A stretch of 64,000 nt of DNA from Ignavibacteriota bacterium (lineage in GTDB: Bacteria > Bacteroidota > Ignavibacteria > UBA10030 > UBA6906). A program made the position numbers and the translations under genes. How positions within the stretch are numbered: position 1 is the first letter of the stretch; every line of letters begins with the position of its first letter. The notes beneath the pieces were generated by a model. It made no database searches and had not been told where the DNA came from. It saw only the letters and a list, made by a program, of their open reading frames with translations. Below are positions 8,842-18,653 of the stretch, in pieces. Location: contig CAWDEM010000008.1 of the NCBI GenBank assembly GCA_963801355.1, forward strand, positions 2,961,579-3,025,578. The letters run 5' to 3'.

Positions 8842-10895
8842 CTCTCGAGAAGTTTTTCTTGAAATGTCGGCTGGGCACCCGCCATCGCCAGGAAGATGTC
8901 GAGCGGCACGACCTCGAACTCCGGCCCCAGCTTGTCAAGGATGTTCTTGACCCGTTTGATGTCCGTCCACTGCCGTACGTGCATCAGCAGGAAGTAGGGA
9001 CGTGCGCTGTTCATTGCCGCGAGCTCCTGGAGATCAGCCACCGCCTCGGCCTCGGGCCGTGTCTCGGAAAGATAATAGTCGAATGAAACAAGCGGACGCC
9101 CGTTCCGCGATGCAAATGAATGCGAGGCGGTATAGCCGTTCACAAAACCAACCGCATCCGGCATGCCGGCATAAAATGCATCCACCACATCGCGTGTGAG
9201 TTCGGTGTTGCCCTCAACCGTCGCACCCTCGGAATAGTCCATGATCTCAAAGACATTCAAATCCAGCTGCTTCATTAACTCGTACGCTTTGGAAACGACC
9301 TGCGGGAGAAAGGCCTTGGGGATGGCTTTGGGATACATGTATCCGGGTCCGCCGAGCGAACCGATGAAATAATCATTCGGCGTCGCCATGCCGTAGAAAT
9401 ACTCCAGCATGGTCGGAGCCAGCCAGACCCAGTTCATGGTCACTTCCCAGGCGTAAGGAATCTCACCCCGCCCCGGCTTGAGCCATGCGCCGATGCCCAG
9501 ACAATCGGTCTCTATTGCGGCGATGTAGACTTTCTTCTCCCGTGCGGGGATCTTCCCCGGAACGAGATGGTGGTTGTTCTTGAATGTGAAGCCCGGCGTC
9601 AGGGCCGTCTGGCTGCAGAAACTCATGTTGGGCAGTGTGTGCAGGCCTTCAACGCGCAGCGCATAGCTGGAGGCCAGTTTGACGTGGTCACGTTCCTTGT
9701 CCTTTGCATACGAATGCCAGCCCATGACCAGCGACAGAGGTTTCATCTCGCTGAAGATCTTGTTGGCAAGTGCATATTCCTCCGTGTCAGCAGGTTTTGT
9801 CGAGAGGTCGGTGAAGAATGCCTGCTTGAGCATTCCGAAATCCGCGACACCGGGCCGCATGATCTTCCCGTGTTCGCCTCCCAGCCAGACCACAAACTCT
9901 TTGCTGCAACGGTCCCAGTACTGTTCGATCGCCCAGCGATAGATTGCGGCGTCGTTTTTTCCCGTGAACTTGCCGCGGAAGTCAGCCACGGGCCTGAGCC
10001 CTGCCCGCTCCACCATCGGGATCAGCTCTTCGCTGACGACAACCGCCTTCTCCAATCCGGCAACGGTGTACGCAACGATGAGCGAGGTCCGCACGTTTTT
10101 GTCCCACACAACGTAGCCTTTGACAAACGGACGCAGCGCCGCGAGGGCGGAGTCCGCCGTGCGCAATTCCGTGAATGAGTAATTGTGCTTCGTGCGATAG
10201 TAATCATAGACCGACTGCGTGAACGTATAATCCCACTTTTCACCGTAGATGAAATAGAGCCGTGGCGCCCCGGTGTTGGCCACGCCCTGCAGACTGATAA
10301 GGAACGCCTGTTCCGGCAGCTTCCCGTCAATTGCCCAGTTGTCGGTCATACGCATGACATAGGCCGTGCGGGCATTCGTCCGTACAAAAGTGTATGTGGG
10401 CGCGGACGCCTTCGGACGCGTCGGCCGCTCTATCCGCCAGGTGAGCGTGCCGCCGTCGGCGGAAAGGGTGAACACATTCTCCACCGTATACGGCAACATC
10501 CCCTGCGACACGAGTACGGAGTAGCGTTCGTTGATGTACAGCACCCTGCCATTCTGTTCTGTGCGGGCGCTGACTGCCTTCGTCTTGCCGGGCTGCATTG
10601 ACACGCCCATGAACACATTCGTGGGCCAGACACGGTCACGCACGGGCACCGTCACAGTCGCACCCCCGGAGGGCAGCGTCACGGAGTCCCGGAAACCGCG
10701 GGCTCCTCCCCAGTTCTGTACCACTGTCACAAGATCGCCGGAGTGCGTGATCCGCAGCGCCACGGTGGAGTAGAGATCGATCTCTGAACTCTTTTCGGGA
10801 AGCATCTTCCAGTCACCGTCCATCGTTGCAGGCTGGGCCATGCACAACGCAAAAGCGGCAACGCTGAGCAGCAGTGTGATAAGAAGTCTGCGCAT
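8838..10895 (-). CDS. Secreted GxGYxYP-domain putative glycoside hydrolase (paralog 2)
   Basis: Signal peptide; SLQGVAN..PRLY, KGYVVWD and GPGYMYP signature. Confidence 0.85.
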   Translation of the reverse strand: MRRLLITLLLSVAAFALCMAQPATMDGDWKMLPEKSSEIDLYSTVALRITHSGDLVTVVQNWGGARGFRDSVTLPSGGATVTVPVRDRVWPTNVFMGVSMQPGKTKAVSARTEQNGRVLYINERYSVLVSQGMLPYTVENVFTLSADGGTLTWRIERPTRPKASAPTYTFVRTNARTAYVMRMTDNWAIDGKLPEQAFLISLQGVANTGAPRLYFIYGEKWDYTFTQSVYDYYRTKHNYSFTELRTADSALAALRPFVKGYVVWDKNVRTSLIVAYTVAGLEKAVVVSEELIPMVERAGLRPVADFRGKFTGKNDAAIYRWAIEQYWDRCSKEFVVWLGGEHGKIMRPGVADFGMLKQAFFTDLSTKPADTEEYALANKIFSEMKPLSLVMGWHSYAKDKERDHVKLASSYALRVEGLHTLPNMSFCSQTALTPGFTFKNNHHLVPGKIPAREKKVYIAAIETDCLGIGAWLKPGRGEIPYAWEVTMNWVWLAPTMLEYFYGMATPNDYFIGSLGGPGYMYPKAIPKAFLPQVVSKAYELMKQLDLNVFEIMDYSEGATVEGNTELTRDVVDAFYAGMPDAVGFVNGYTASHSFASRNGRPLVSFDYYLSETRPEAEAVADLQELAAMNSARPYFLLMHVRQWTDIKRVKNILDKLGPEFEVVPLDIFLAMAGAQPTFQEKLLER

Positions 10896-10928
10896 GAAAT
10901 CTCCGTTTGTACTGATAATTCAGACCTG

Positions 10929-13007
10929 TTATTTCACGAGGAATTTCTCCTTGAACGTCGGGGACTTCCCCGCCATTTTCAGGAACCGGTCCAGGGGCAC
11001 CACTTCGAAACCCGGGCCAAGTTTATCGAGTATCCCCTTTACCCGCTTGACGTCGCTTGACTCGCGCACGTGCATGAGCAGGAAGTAGGGGCGCCGGTCG
11101 TTGATGCGGGCAAGCTCCTGCAGATCAGCCACCGCATCGGCTTCCGGACGCTCGGGGGAAAGATAATAATCATACGAAATGAAGGGCTTCCCGTCACGCA
11201 CAGTGAACGTGTACGAGGGGACGTAGCCGTTCACGAAACCAATGGCTTCGGGCATTCCCTCATAGTACATATCAACAACGGCTTTGGGCAGTTCGGTGTT
11301 CCCTTCCACCGTTGCGCCTTCGGAAAAGTCCATGGTCTCGAACACTGTGAGATCGAGTGTCTTCATCTGCTCCCGCGCCATCGCAATGAGCTTCTTGAGA
11401 AGATGCGGTGGAACGGCTTTCGGATACATGTACCCCGGACCGGAGAGACACCCGATGAAGTAATCATTCGGTGTTGCCATGGTATAGAAGTACTCCGCCA
11501 TGGAGGGGGCCATCCAGGTGTAGTTCATCAGTACCTCCCAGGCATAGGGGATTTCGCCCCGTCCCGGTTTCAACCACGCACCCAGGCCGATCCCGTCAGT
11601 CTGTATACACGTAATATAGACCTTGTTCTCCGGCGTGTACTCCTTGCCCGGAACAATGGTATGATTGTTCTTGTATACAAAGCCCTGTGAGGCGGGCAGC
11701 TGGGCGCTGAAGCTCAGGTTGGGAAGGGTGTGCAGGCCTTCAACGCGGTGACCGTAGGTGGATGTGAGCTTCACAAATTCCCGCTCGAGATCCTTTGCAT
11801 ACGAGTGCCACCCCATCACCATGGACATCGGTTTCATTTCGCGCAGAAGCCGGTTCGCCAGCGCGTATTCGGCTGTATCCGTCGTGCGGCAGGAAAGGTC
11901 GTTGAAAAACACATTCTTATATATCCCCCAATCCGCCACCGCGGGCTTCATGATGTCGCCGTGTTCCCCGCCGAGCCAGATGATGAATTCCTTGCTGCAC
12001 CGCGGCCAGTACTGCGCATAGGCCCATGCATAGATCTGGGCGTCGGTCTGGCCGGTGAACCTGCCGCGGAAATCCTCGATCCGTTTCAATCCGAGCTGCT
12101 CCGCAAGGGGAATCTGATCCTCGCTCAAGACAACGGCATTCTCAAGACCTGCAACCGTGAACGCAACGATGAGCGATGTGCGGACCTTCTTGTCCCATAC
12201 CACATACCCTTTCACGTCCTTCACAAGCGTGCGCAGGGCTTCCTCCGGCGACTTCAATGTGCGGAACGTGTAGTGCCGTTTGTCGCGGTAGAAATCGTAT
12301 ACGGATTGCACGTACGTGAACGGCCAGTCTTTCGGATACAGAATGTACATCCGCGGTCCGCTCTTGTTGACGATCCCCTGCAGGCTGATCAGCATGGCCT
12401 GAACATCCAGACGCCCGCGGACTTCCCAGTTGTCTTCCAGCGTGATTGCGTACGCCTCCTTCGATCCCGACCGTTTCAGGCGGAATGTCATGGGCGGTCC
12501 TGACGTCCGTGTGGAACGGGTGAGGTCATACGTCAGTAATTCGCCGTCGGGGGAAAGCTCGAAGCGATGCGTCACACTCTCCGGATGACTTCCCTGTGAC
12601 CCCACGATCTGAAATGTCTCCTCCACGCGGAATAGTCCGGGGCTTTCACGCTTGGCGCTGACTTTTCGCGTGCCCCCGACCGGCATGGAGAGTCCCATGA
12701 AGACGTTCGTCGGGAAGACCCTGTTGTTCACGGCCACAGAGACCTGGCTCCCATCCAGCGGGAGGCGGAGTGAGTCCCTGAAGATCCTCTCTTTGCCGAA
12801 CTGCCGGATAAGGGTAAGATGCGTGTCGGAGAAGCGCACGTCCACGGACAGGCTTCCGTACAGATCGATGTCCGTGCTTTGCGCGGCAAGGGATTCCCAT
12901 TTGCCTTCAATACCGGAAGCGCCGGAGGCGGTGGCGCAGAGGGTGGTGAGGAACGTCGCAAACAGGGCGGTCAGGAACATTGAGGAAAGTACCGTCAGAC
13001 GGTGCAT
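10929..13007 (-). CDS. Secreted GxGYxYP-domain putative glycoside hydrolase (paralog 1)
   Basis: Signal peptide; SLQGIVN..PRMY, KGYVVWD and SGPGYMYP signature; colinear with the neighbouring paralog. Confidence 0.85.
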   Translation of the reverse strand: MHRLTVLSSMFLTALFATFLTTLCATASGASGIEGKWESLAAQSTDIDLYGSLSVDVRFSDTHLTLIRQFGKERIFRDSLRLPLDGSQVSVAVNNRVFPTNVFMGLSMPVGGTRKVSAKRESPGLFRVEETFQIVGSQGSHPESVTHRFELSPDGELLTYDLTRSTRTSGPPMTFRLKRSGSKEAYAITLEDNWEVRGRLDVQAMLISLQGIVNKSGPRMYILYPKDWPFTYVQSVYDFYRDKRHYTFRTLKSPEEALRTLVKDVKGYVVWDKKVRTSLIVAFTVAGLENAVVLSEDQIPLAEQLGLKRIEDFRGRFTGQTDAQIYAWAYAQYWPRCSKEFIIWLGGEHGDIMKPAVADWGIYKNVFFNDLSCRTTDTAEYALANRLLREMKPMSMVMGWHSYAKDLEREFVKLTSTYGHRVEGLHTLPNLSFSAQLPASQGFVYKNNHTIVPGKEYTPENKVYITCIQTDGIGLGAWLKPGRGEIPYAWEVLMNYTWMAPSMAEYFYTMATPNDYFIGCLSGPGYMYPKAVPPHLLKKLIAMAREQMKTLDLTVFETMDFSEGATVEGNTELPKAVVDMYYEGMPEAIGFVNGYVPSYTFTVRDGKPFISYDYYLSPERPEADAVADLQELARINDRRPYFLLMHVRESSDVKRVKGILDKLGPGFEVVPLDRFLKMAGKSPTFKEKFLVK

Positions 13008-13049
13008 GATATCTCTCCGTGGGGAATATTTGTCATGTCAGAATATATT

Positions 13050-13796
13050 TTACAGTCCGCTGAAGCGATCGAGGAATGCCCGTTCGGGATCCGAAAGACT
13101 CTGGACACCCTGCGTCTCGATCTTGCCCATGATCCGGTCGAACTCCGTACGGTTGACTTCGTGCATTGTCGAACGGTCGATCTTGCGCCACCGCTCGATC
13201 GTGCCGCGATTCAACGGCGGTGGAGCAAGTTTTTCCTTGAACCGCCGCGACGGCATCCGCCATTCCCGGAATTTGAGGAACAGGTATCCCCCGAGGAACC
13301 CGCCCAGGTGTGCGAAGTGTGCAATGTTCCCCGCTCCGGAGATCCCACCGAAGATCGAAAGGACGATCATGATGACTATCAGATACCTTGCCTCGATGGG
13401 TACCACTCCCCAGATGAGCAACCGGTCGCGCGGCCAGAACCGGGCGTAAGCCAGCAGGACTCCGTAGACTGCGCCCGACGCTCCTACAATGGCCACATAT
13501 GGTGTAATGCACGAAAGGAGCGCGCCCGCGATGCCACTCATGAAATAGAGGAGGAGAAAATCGCGGTCGCCCATCTCCGCTTCGAGCCGCGGTCCGAAAA
13601 ACAGCAGGCCGAGCATGTTGAACAGTATGTGGAACGTGCCCTCATGGAGAAACATGTAGGTTACCACCGTCCAGGGCCGATCGAGTGTAAGCGCCGGCAC
13701 GAACATGAGGCTCATCATAATCGCTGGCCGCACGGAAGTCAGCACAAACATCACCACGTTTGCCAGAATAAGACGGGACGTCCAGGAATTCATCAC
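13050..13796 (-). CDS. Rhomboid intramembrane serine protease with C-terminal DUF6576-like domain
   Basis: TYMFLH, HILFNM, GASGA and AHLGG motifs; C-terminal RIMGKI..GVQSLS..ER.FL. Confidence 0.92.
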   Translation of the reverse strand: MMNSWTSRLILANVVMFVLTSVRPAIMMSLMFVPALTLDRPWTVVTYMFLHEGTFHILFNMLGLLFFGPRLEAEMGDRDFLLLYFMSGIAGALLSCITPYVAIVGASGAVYGVLLAYARFWPRDRLLIWGVVPIEARYLIVIMIVLSIFGGISGAGNIAHFAHLGGFLGGYLFLKFREWRMPSRRFKEKLAPPPLNRGTIERWRKIDRSTMHEVNRTEFDRIMGKIETQGVQSLSDPERAFLDRFSGL

Positions 13797-13841
13797 GTGC
13801 GTTGGTCTTTCATAAATGGAAAAGTGCCGGATCCTTCACTT

Positions 13842-14351
13842 CTACTCTGATTTCTTGGGCTTCTCCGAGGAGGCCTGAAACCAGATCCCCGCCGCCGCAA
13901 GAACAATCATGATCGGCGTTGCCAGGGATGGGGAAAGCTGGAACGCACCCACCAGCAGGTACGCACCCACGACGGAGGAAAGAATAATCAACGCCCATTT
14001 CAGAAGGAAATGGGCGAGGACGATACCCAGGAGCGCGCAGAGGATCACCGGAATCCACGGGAACCCCTGGGGCAGCCATCCCATGTAATCTGCGAGAGCG
14101 TATCCTGCGTATCCGCCGCCGAGGATTCCAGCCAGGAAGACTCCCACCTTTTCAATGAAGAATGCAACGGCAAACCCCGCCAGGCCGCCCATGATCATCG
14201 CTGCGATCATGACGCCGTTTGACGGGTGTTGAAGATACATGCCGGCAAGTGCGATGCCTGCCATGGCACCGAGAGCGGTAAGGAACAACGCCAGCCCCTT
14301 GCGTCCGAATATAAGAAGGGCCGCACCAATCACCCCTTGAACAATTTGCAT
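13842..14351 (-). CDS. Membrane protein (DUF4203/TMEM198-like)
   Basis: Gly-rich multi-TM protein with LLIFGRK, SSVVGA and GIWFQ. Confidence 0.7.
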   Translation of the reverse strand: MQIVQGVIGAALLIFGRKGLALFLTALGAMAGIALAGMYLQHPSNGVMIAAMIMGGLAGFAVAFFIEKVGVFLAGILGGGYAGYALADYMGWLPQGFPWIPVILCALLGIVLAHFLLKWALIILSSVVGAYLLVGAFQLSPSLATPIMIVLAAAGIWFQASSEKPKKSE

Positions 14352-14354
14352 GAT

Positions 14355-16415
14355 TCAGCTCCTTTCAACGGCTTCGAGCAATATTTCGGCTATATCCTTC
14401 ACCTCCACCGGAGTGGATGGACTCTGCTCTTTTACGCCATCGCTGAGCATTGTCAGGCAGAACGGGCAGCCCGTTGCGATGGCTGCCGCACCCGTCGAAA
14501 GCGCTTCTTCCGTCCGTTCGATGTTGATCCGTTTGCCTTCCCGCTCCTCCATCCACATCCGCCCGCCTCCCGCACCGCAACAGAAGCTCCTGTCGTGCGA
14601 CCTTTTCATCTCCACCTGCGTCAGCGCAGGAATTGCCCTGAGAACATCGCGTGGCGCATCGTACGTCCCATGATAGCGCCCCAGATAGCACGGATCATGG
14701 AACGTGATCTTTCCCTCATGTCCCCGCGCAATCCTCAGCCTGCCCTCCCGCACGAGATCCCGCAGCAATTCCGCGTGATGCACTACTGTGTACTCGCCTC
14801 CGAATTGCGCGTATTCTTTCCCCAGCGCCTGCAAGCAATGTGGACAGGTGACAACGATCTTTTTCACACCGTAGCCGTTGAGCGTTGCGATGTTTTCAGC
14901 CATTAGTGTCTGCGCAAGGTATTCATTACCCGCACGCCTGGCCGGATCACCCGTGCACTTTTCCTCTGTGCCAAGTATCGCAAAATCGACGCCTGCCATT
15001 TTCAGCAGCCGGACGAAGGCCCGGCTCACTTTCTGATAACGTGCATCGTACGATCCCGCACATCCCACCCAAAAAAGAAACTCCGCCTTCTTCACGTCCG
15101 CCATAAGCGGCACATCCAATCCTTCGGCCCAGTCGGCCCGTGACGCATGTCCGAACGCCCACGGAGTGTAATTCCGTTCAAGATTCGAAAACACAGTCTT
15201 CAACTCATCGGGGAAGCGCGACTCGTTCAGCACGAGGCCGCGGCGCATTTCCACAATCGCATCCACGTGCTCGATCATCACCGGGCACTCCTGCACACAC
15301 GCCATGCAGGTTGTGCACGCCCAGAGTTCCTGTTCGGTTATATAGTTATCAAGAAGCTGATGTCCAAGAATGCGCTCCCGTTCGCGCTCGCGTCCCCGTT
15401 CGCGTTCACGTTCCGCTTCGCCGGCAGCGGGGGCCTGCAGCAGAACTTTCGCCTTCTCGATCGTGCGTGCACGGAGATCCACAAAGATCTTCTTCGGATT
15501 CAGAAGCTTCCCGGTGGCCTGTGCCGGACAGGCAGCGCTGCATCTGCCGCATTCGGTGCAGGTGTAGCCGTTCAACAATTGCTTCCAGGTGAAGTCCTCA
15601 ACATCGGCTGCACCGAATTTCACGGCCGTTTCATCCGCAAGATTCACCGGTGCAAGCGCGCCCGTCGGGCCGAGGTTCGAACAATACACGTTGGGCACCG
15701 ACGTGAGAATATGGAGATGCTTGGAAAACGGCAGGTAGTTCAGAAATAGCAGCACCACCAGAATGTGCTTCCAGAAGAACAGGGCATACCACGTCTGCAC
15801 CGTGCCTTCGCTCGCACCGCCGAATATCCTGGAAAGTCCGGCGGAGATGATTCGCCCGTCTCCGTATCCTTCGCCGCGCAGGGCGATGCCTGCTGCGTTC
15901 TGTCCGAACATGGTCAGCATCACCACAAGAATCAACACGAGGATCACCGCGGCATCCCACCTGGCATGTCCTTCAACATCGAGCCGCGGAGGAGGAGCAA
16001 TGAACCGGCGCAGGAGTGATACGACAACGGCAACCACGACAATCGCTCCGATAATTTCCTGCAGGAAGAGCAATGGCACGTGCAGCGGGCCCAGGAACGC
16101 AAGCGAGAATCCCGGTGCGAATCCCTGCACTATGGATTCCCCCACCGCCGTCAACAGGATGACAAAACCCCAGAAGATGCAGAAGTGCAGGATGCCCGCG
16201 AAGGGCTCACGGAGGAGTTTGCTCTGGCCGAATGCAATGGCAGCCACCCGCAGCAACCGTTTTCCAGGTTGAGTGGAGCGGTCTTCCTTCTTCCCCAGCC
16301 GCAGGATGCGCACCAGCCGCCGGACGTTCCAGGCAAAGTACCCCATCGCGCCAAAGAATACCAGGGCAAATACTACTCGCTCCATGATGCCATCCTCATA
16401 TGATCGCAGCTGCAT
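14355..16415 (-). CDS. Membrane-bound Fe-S oxidoreductase (FadF/HdrD-like, CCG domains)
   Basis: N-terminal TM domain, CTECGRC..CP, CTTCMAC..CP, HDPCYLGR and CCGAGGG motifs; start may be ATG 16385. Confidence 0.92.
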   Translation of the reverse strand: MQLRSYEDGIMERVVFALVFFGAMGYFAWNVRRLVRILRLGKKEDRSTQPGKRLLRVAAIAFGQSKLLREPFAGILHFCIFWGFVILLTAVGESIVQGFAPGFSLAFLGPLHVPLLFLQEIIGAIVVVAVVVSLLRRFIAPPPRLDVEGHARWDAAVILVLILVVMLTMFGQNAAGIALRGEGYGDGRIISAGLSRIFGGASEGTVQTWYALFFWKHILVVLLFLNYLPFSKHLHILTSVPNVYCSNLGPTGALAPVNLADETAVKFGAADVEDFTWKQLLNGYTCTECGRCSAACPAQATGKLLNPKKIFVDLRARTIEKAKVLLQAPAAGEAERERERGRERERERILGHQLLDNYITEQELWACTTCMACVQECPVMIEHVDAIVEMRRGLVLNESRFPDELKTVFSNLERNYTPWAFGHASRADWAEGLDVPLMADVKKAEFLFWVGCAGSYDARYQKVSRAFVRLLKMAGVDFAILGTEEKCTGDPARRAGNEYLAQTLMAENIATLNGYGVKKIVVTCPHCLQALGKEYAQFGGEYTVVHHAELLRDLVREGRLRIARGHEGKITFHDPCYLGRYHGTYDAPRDVLRAIPALTQVEMKRSHDRSFCCGAGGGRMWMEEREGKRINIERTEEALSTGAAAIATGCPFCLTMLSDGVKEQSPSTPVEVKDIAEILLEAVERS

Positions 16416-16424
16416 CTCCGCATC

Positions 16425-17324
16425 TTATCGCAGCCGCATTTCCGTAGTAAACACCGTCACCGCGCGTCCGCTGATTTCCACCGACGTCACTTTCCCTCCG
16501 CTGATGCCGAGCGCAATCGTCACCCTGCCACGACGGCCGATGGCATCTCCCTGTTCACCGATAAGGGTCGCTGATTCTCCATGAACCTGAACGAGACCCT
16601 GTTCCACAAGGTAGACGCCGAGCGGGCCGTTCGCAGAGCCGGTAACGGGGTCTTCGGTGATGCCTTCGGCCGGACAGAAAAACCGCGAATGCACCGCCGA
16701 CTCCCGGTCCACCGTGTCAGTCGTGAACACACAGATTCCGCCGATGTGATGGTGCCGTTGGAACGCATCGATTGCCGAATAGTCCGGATGCACTCCGAAG
16801 AGCACCTGCCGGTCGATCACCGGAACGTACAGATACTTGTCGGCAAGAATCGGAAGCGCTGGATGCAGATCACGTCCGTTCAATCGCAGCATTCCGAGCA
16901 CTGCATCGCGGTGCTGGTAGCCCGGCTGAAAACGGGGTACGGGAAGACCGAAGTGCACGATTGCCCCCGGCGTGCCCCGTTCCACCAGAACCGGAAGGAT
17001 GCCCGACCGTGTCTCCACACGAAACGTCTTCCGCGCCTGCTCTCCTGTCCCGTGCAGCCGCTCTTCGGCTACTGCATGAAATGTCGCAATCGTCGCGTGA
17101 CCGCACAAGGCCACTTCGCTGGCCGGAGTGAACCACCGCAGACGGAGGTCCGCCCCTGTGGCGGTGGGAGGCAAAAGGAAAGCGGTCTCCGAGAGCGCCA
17201 TCTCCTGCGCGATTGCCTGCATCATTACATCCGTGAGCCCTTCGCCATGCAGCACGACTGCCGCCGGGTTTCCTTGAAGAGGCTTCTCGGTAAATGCATC
17301 GACCTGCTTTATGATGATGTTCAT
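16425..17324 (-). CDS. PhzF family epimerase/isomerase
   Basis: VDAFT..GNPAAV, SETAF, LCGHAT and EDPVTGSA motifs. Confidence 0.93.
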   Translation of the reverse strand: MNIIIKQVDAFTEKPLQGNPAAVVLHGEGLTDVMMQAIAQEMALSETAFLLPPTATGADLRLRWFTPASEVALCGHATIATFHAVAEERLHGTGEQARKTFRVETRSGILPVLVERGTPGAIVHFGLPVPRFQPGYQHRDAVLGMLRLNGRDLHPALPILADKYLYVPVIDRQVLFGVHPDYSAIDAFQRHHHIGGICVFTTDTVDRESAVHSRFFCPAEGITEDPVTGSANGPLGVYLVEQGLVQVHGESATLIGEQGDAIGRRGRVTIALGISGGKVTSVEISGRAVTVFTTEMRLR

Positions 17325-17328
17325 GATG

Positions 17329-18063
17329 TCAGAGCCTCACTGCGCAAAGGGTTGACCGTTCGCGGATGTAGAACAGCATGCCTTCATGTATGAAAAACGC
17401 GTCGGGCGCAATCCCCTTCGCCGCCGCGATGAGAGTGTCCTCGTAGACGACTTTTCCTGTCCGCGCACTCTGCACTTTGAGGAGTTGCACGAGGGGAACC
17501 CCCTCCCCCTTCCCGCTCTTGACATGCGCAGCAACCACCGTGTGGTCCCCATGGCCGGCGGTTTCCATGGGGCCGACCACCATATTCACGGGCCACCGGG
17601 CGAGAACCACGTTCTGAGCCGTTTCCGGCCCCTGAGGGTCGTGCACTGTTGGAAAAACAGTTCCCCGGGCTGAATCCGCGGCGGAATGTGGCACCCCGGC
17701 CCCGGCCAGTGCTTGTTCGTCTCCCGTCCATTCTGCATCAGACCAGACGCACGTCCCGCTGGGAATATCCACAACTGTCACTCCACGCGGCATCGGAAAA
17801 TCCGGAGAGGTGAACCCATGCAGCACGAGTCTGTCGCCGCTGACACGCTCGATGGCCACCCACCAGGCATCGTGAAATTCCCGGTCACGCCAGATGCAGG
17901 CTCCCGTCTCCGCATCGAGGGCGAAGAACAATGTGCGCTTCGCCTCCGGATCACGCACCTCTCCGATGATCTTCCCGTTCACCGGAGGGTGCAAACGCCA
18001 GAGCGGTAACCCCGGGGTGAATTCCCATGAGCGATGCAACCGGCGTGAGAACAGGATCGTCAT
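17329..18063 (-). CDS. DUF4905-like hypothetical protein
   Basis: W..EVRD, WW, LHGF..PDFP and PDAFF motifs recalled for this Bacteroidota family; coupled to rdgB (ATGA overlap). Confidence 0.7.
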   Translation of the reverse strand: MTILFSRRLHRSWEFTPGLPLWRLHPPVNGKIIGEVRDPEAKRTLFFALDAETGACIWRDREFHDAWWVAIERVSGDRLVLHGFTSPDFPMPRGVTVVDIPSGTCVWSDAEWTGDEQALAGAGVPHSAADSARGTVFPTVHDPQGPETAQNVVLARWPVNMVVGPMETAGHGDHTVVAAHVKSGKGEGVPLVQLLKVQSARTGKVVYEDTLIAAAKGIAPDAFFIHEGMLFYIRERSTLCAVRL

Positions 18064-18653
18064 TTCTCCTGCCGCAGGAAATTGGCAAAGTTCATGAACG
18101 CCCTTGCGCGGTGGCTCAGCATGTTCTTCTGCGCAAGCGCCATCTGGCCGAATGTCTCCGTATACCCATCGGGAAGGAAAATGGGATCATATCCGAATCC
18201 GCCATCACCGGCTTCCTCTTCCGTGATGACACCGGAACAAACACCCTGGAACAGGTGATGCATGCCGTCGAGCCGCACGAACGCCACCACGGTTCGGAAC
18301 CGTGCAGCTCTCCGCCGCGGCGGAACGCCGCGCAGCGCTTGCAAAAGCTTCTTCCTGTTGTCCGCGTAGGTCGCGTCTTCGCCTGCATAGCGGGATGAAT
18401 AGACCCCGGGCGCATCATTCAGATAGAAGACTTCAAGTCCCGTGTCATCTGCCACAGCCGGGAGCCCCAGCGCGTGAAACGCAGCCTCCGCTTTCTTCAG
18501 GGCATTCCCTTCGAGCGTTCCGGCATCTTCCACGGTCGGCGGGATGTTGGGAAAATCCGCCAACGGCACAAGCATGAAATCCAGTCCGGTGAGGATGCCG
18601 CGGATCTCTTCCACTTTGTCAGGGTTGCGCGTGGCGATGAGCAGTTGGTTCAT
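18060..18653 (-). CDS. rdgB: Non-canonical purine NTP pyrophosphatase (RdgB/HAM1)
   Basis: ATRNPDK, ADDTGL, PGVYSSRY, GFGYDPIF and SHR motifs. Confidence 0.96.
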   Translation of the reverse strand: MNQLLIATRNPDKVEEIRGILTGLDFMLVPLADFPNIPPTVEDAGTLEGNALKKAEAAFHALGLPAVADDTGLEVFYLNDAPGVYSSRYAGEDATYADNRKKLLQALRGVPPRRRAARFRTVVAFVRLDGMHHLFQGVCSGVITEEEAGDGGFGYDPIFLPDGYTETFGQMALAQKNMLSHRARAFMNFANFLRQEK

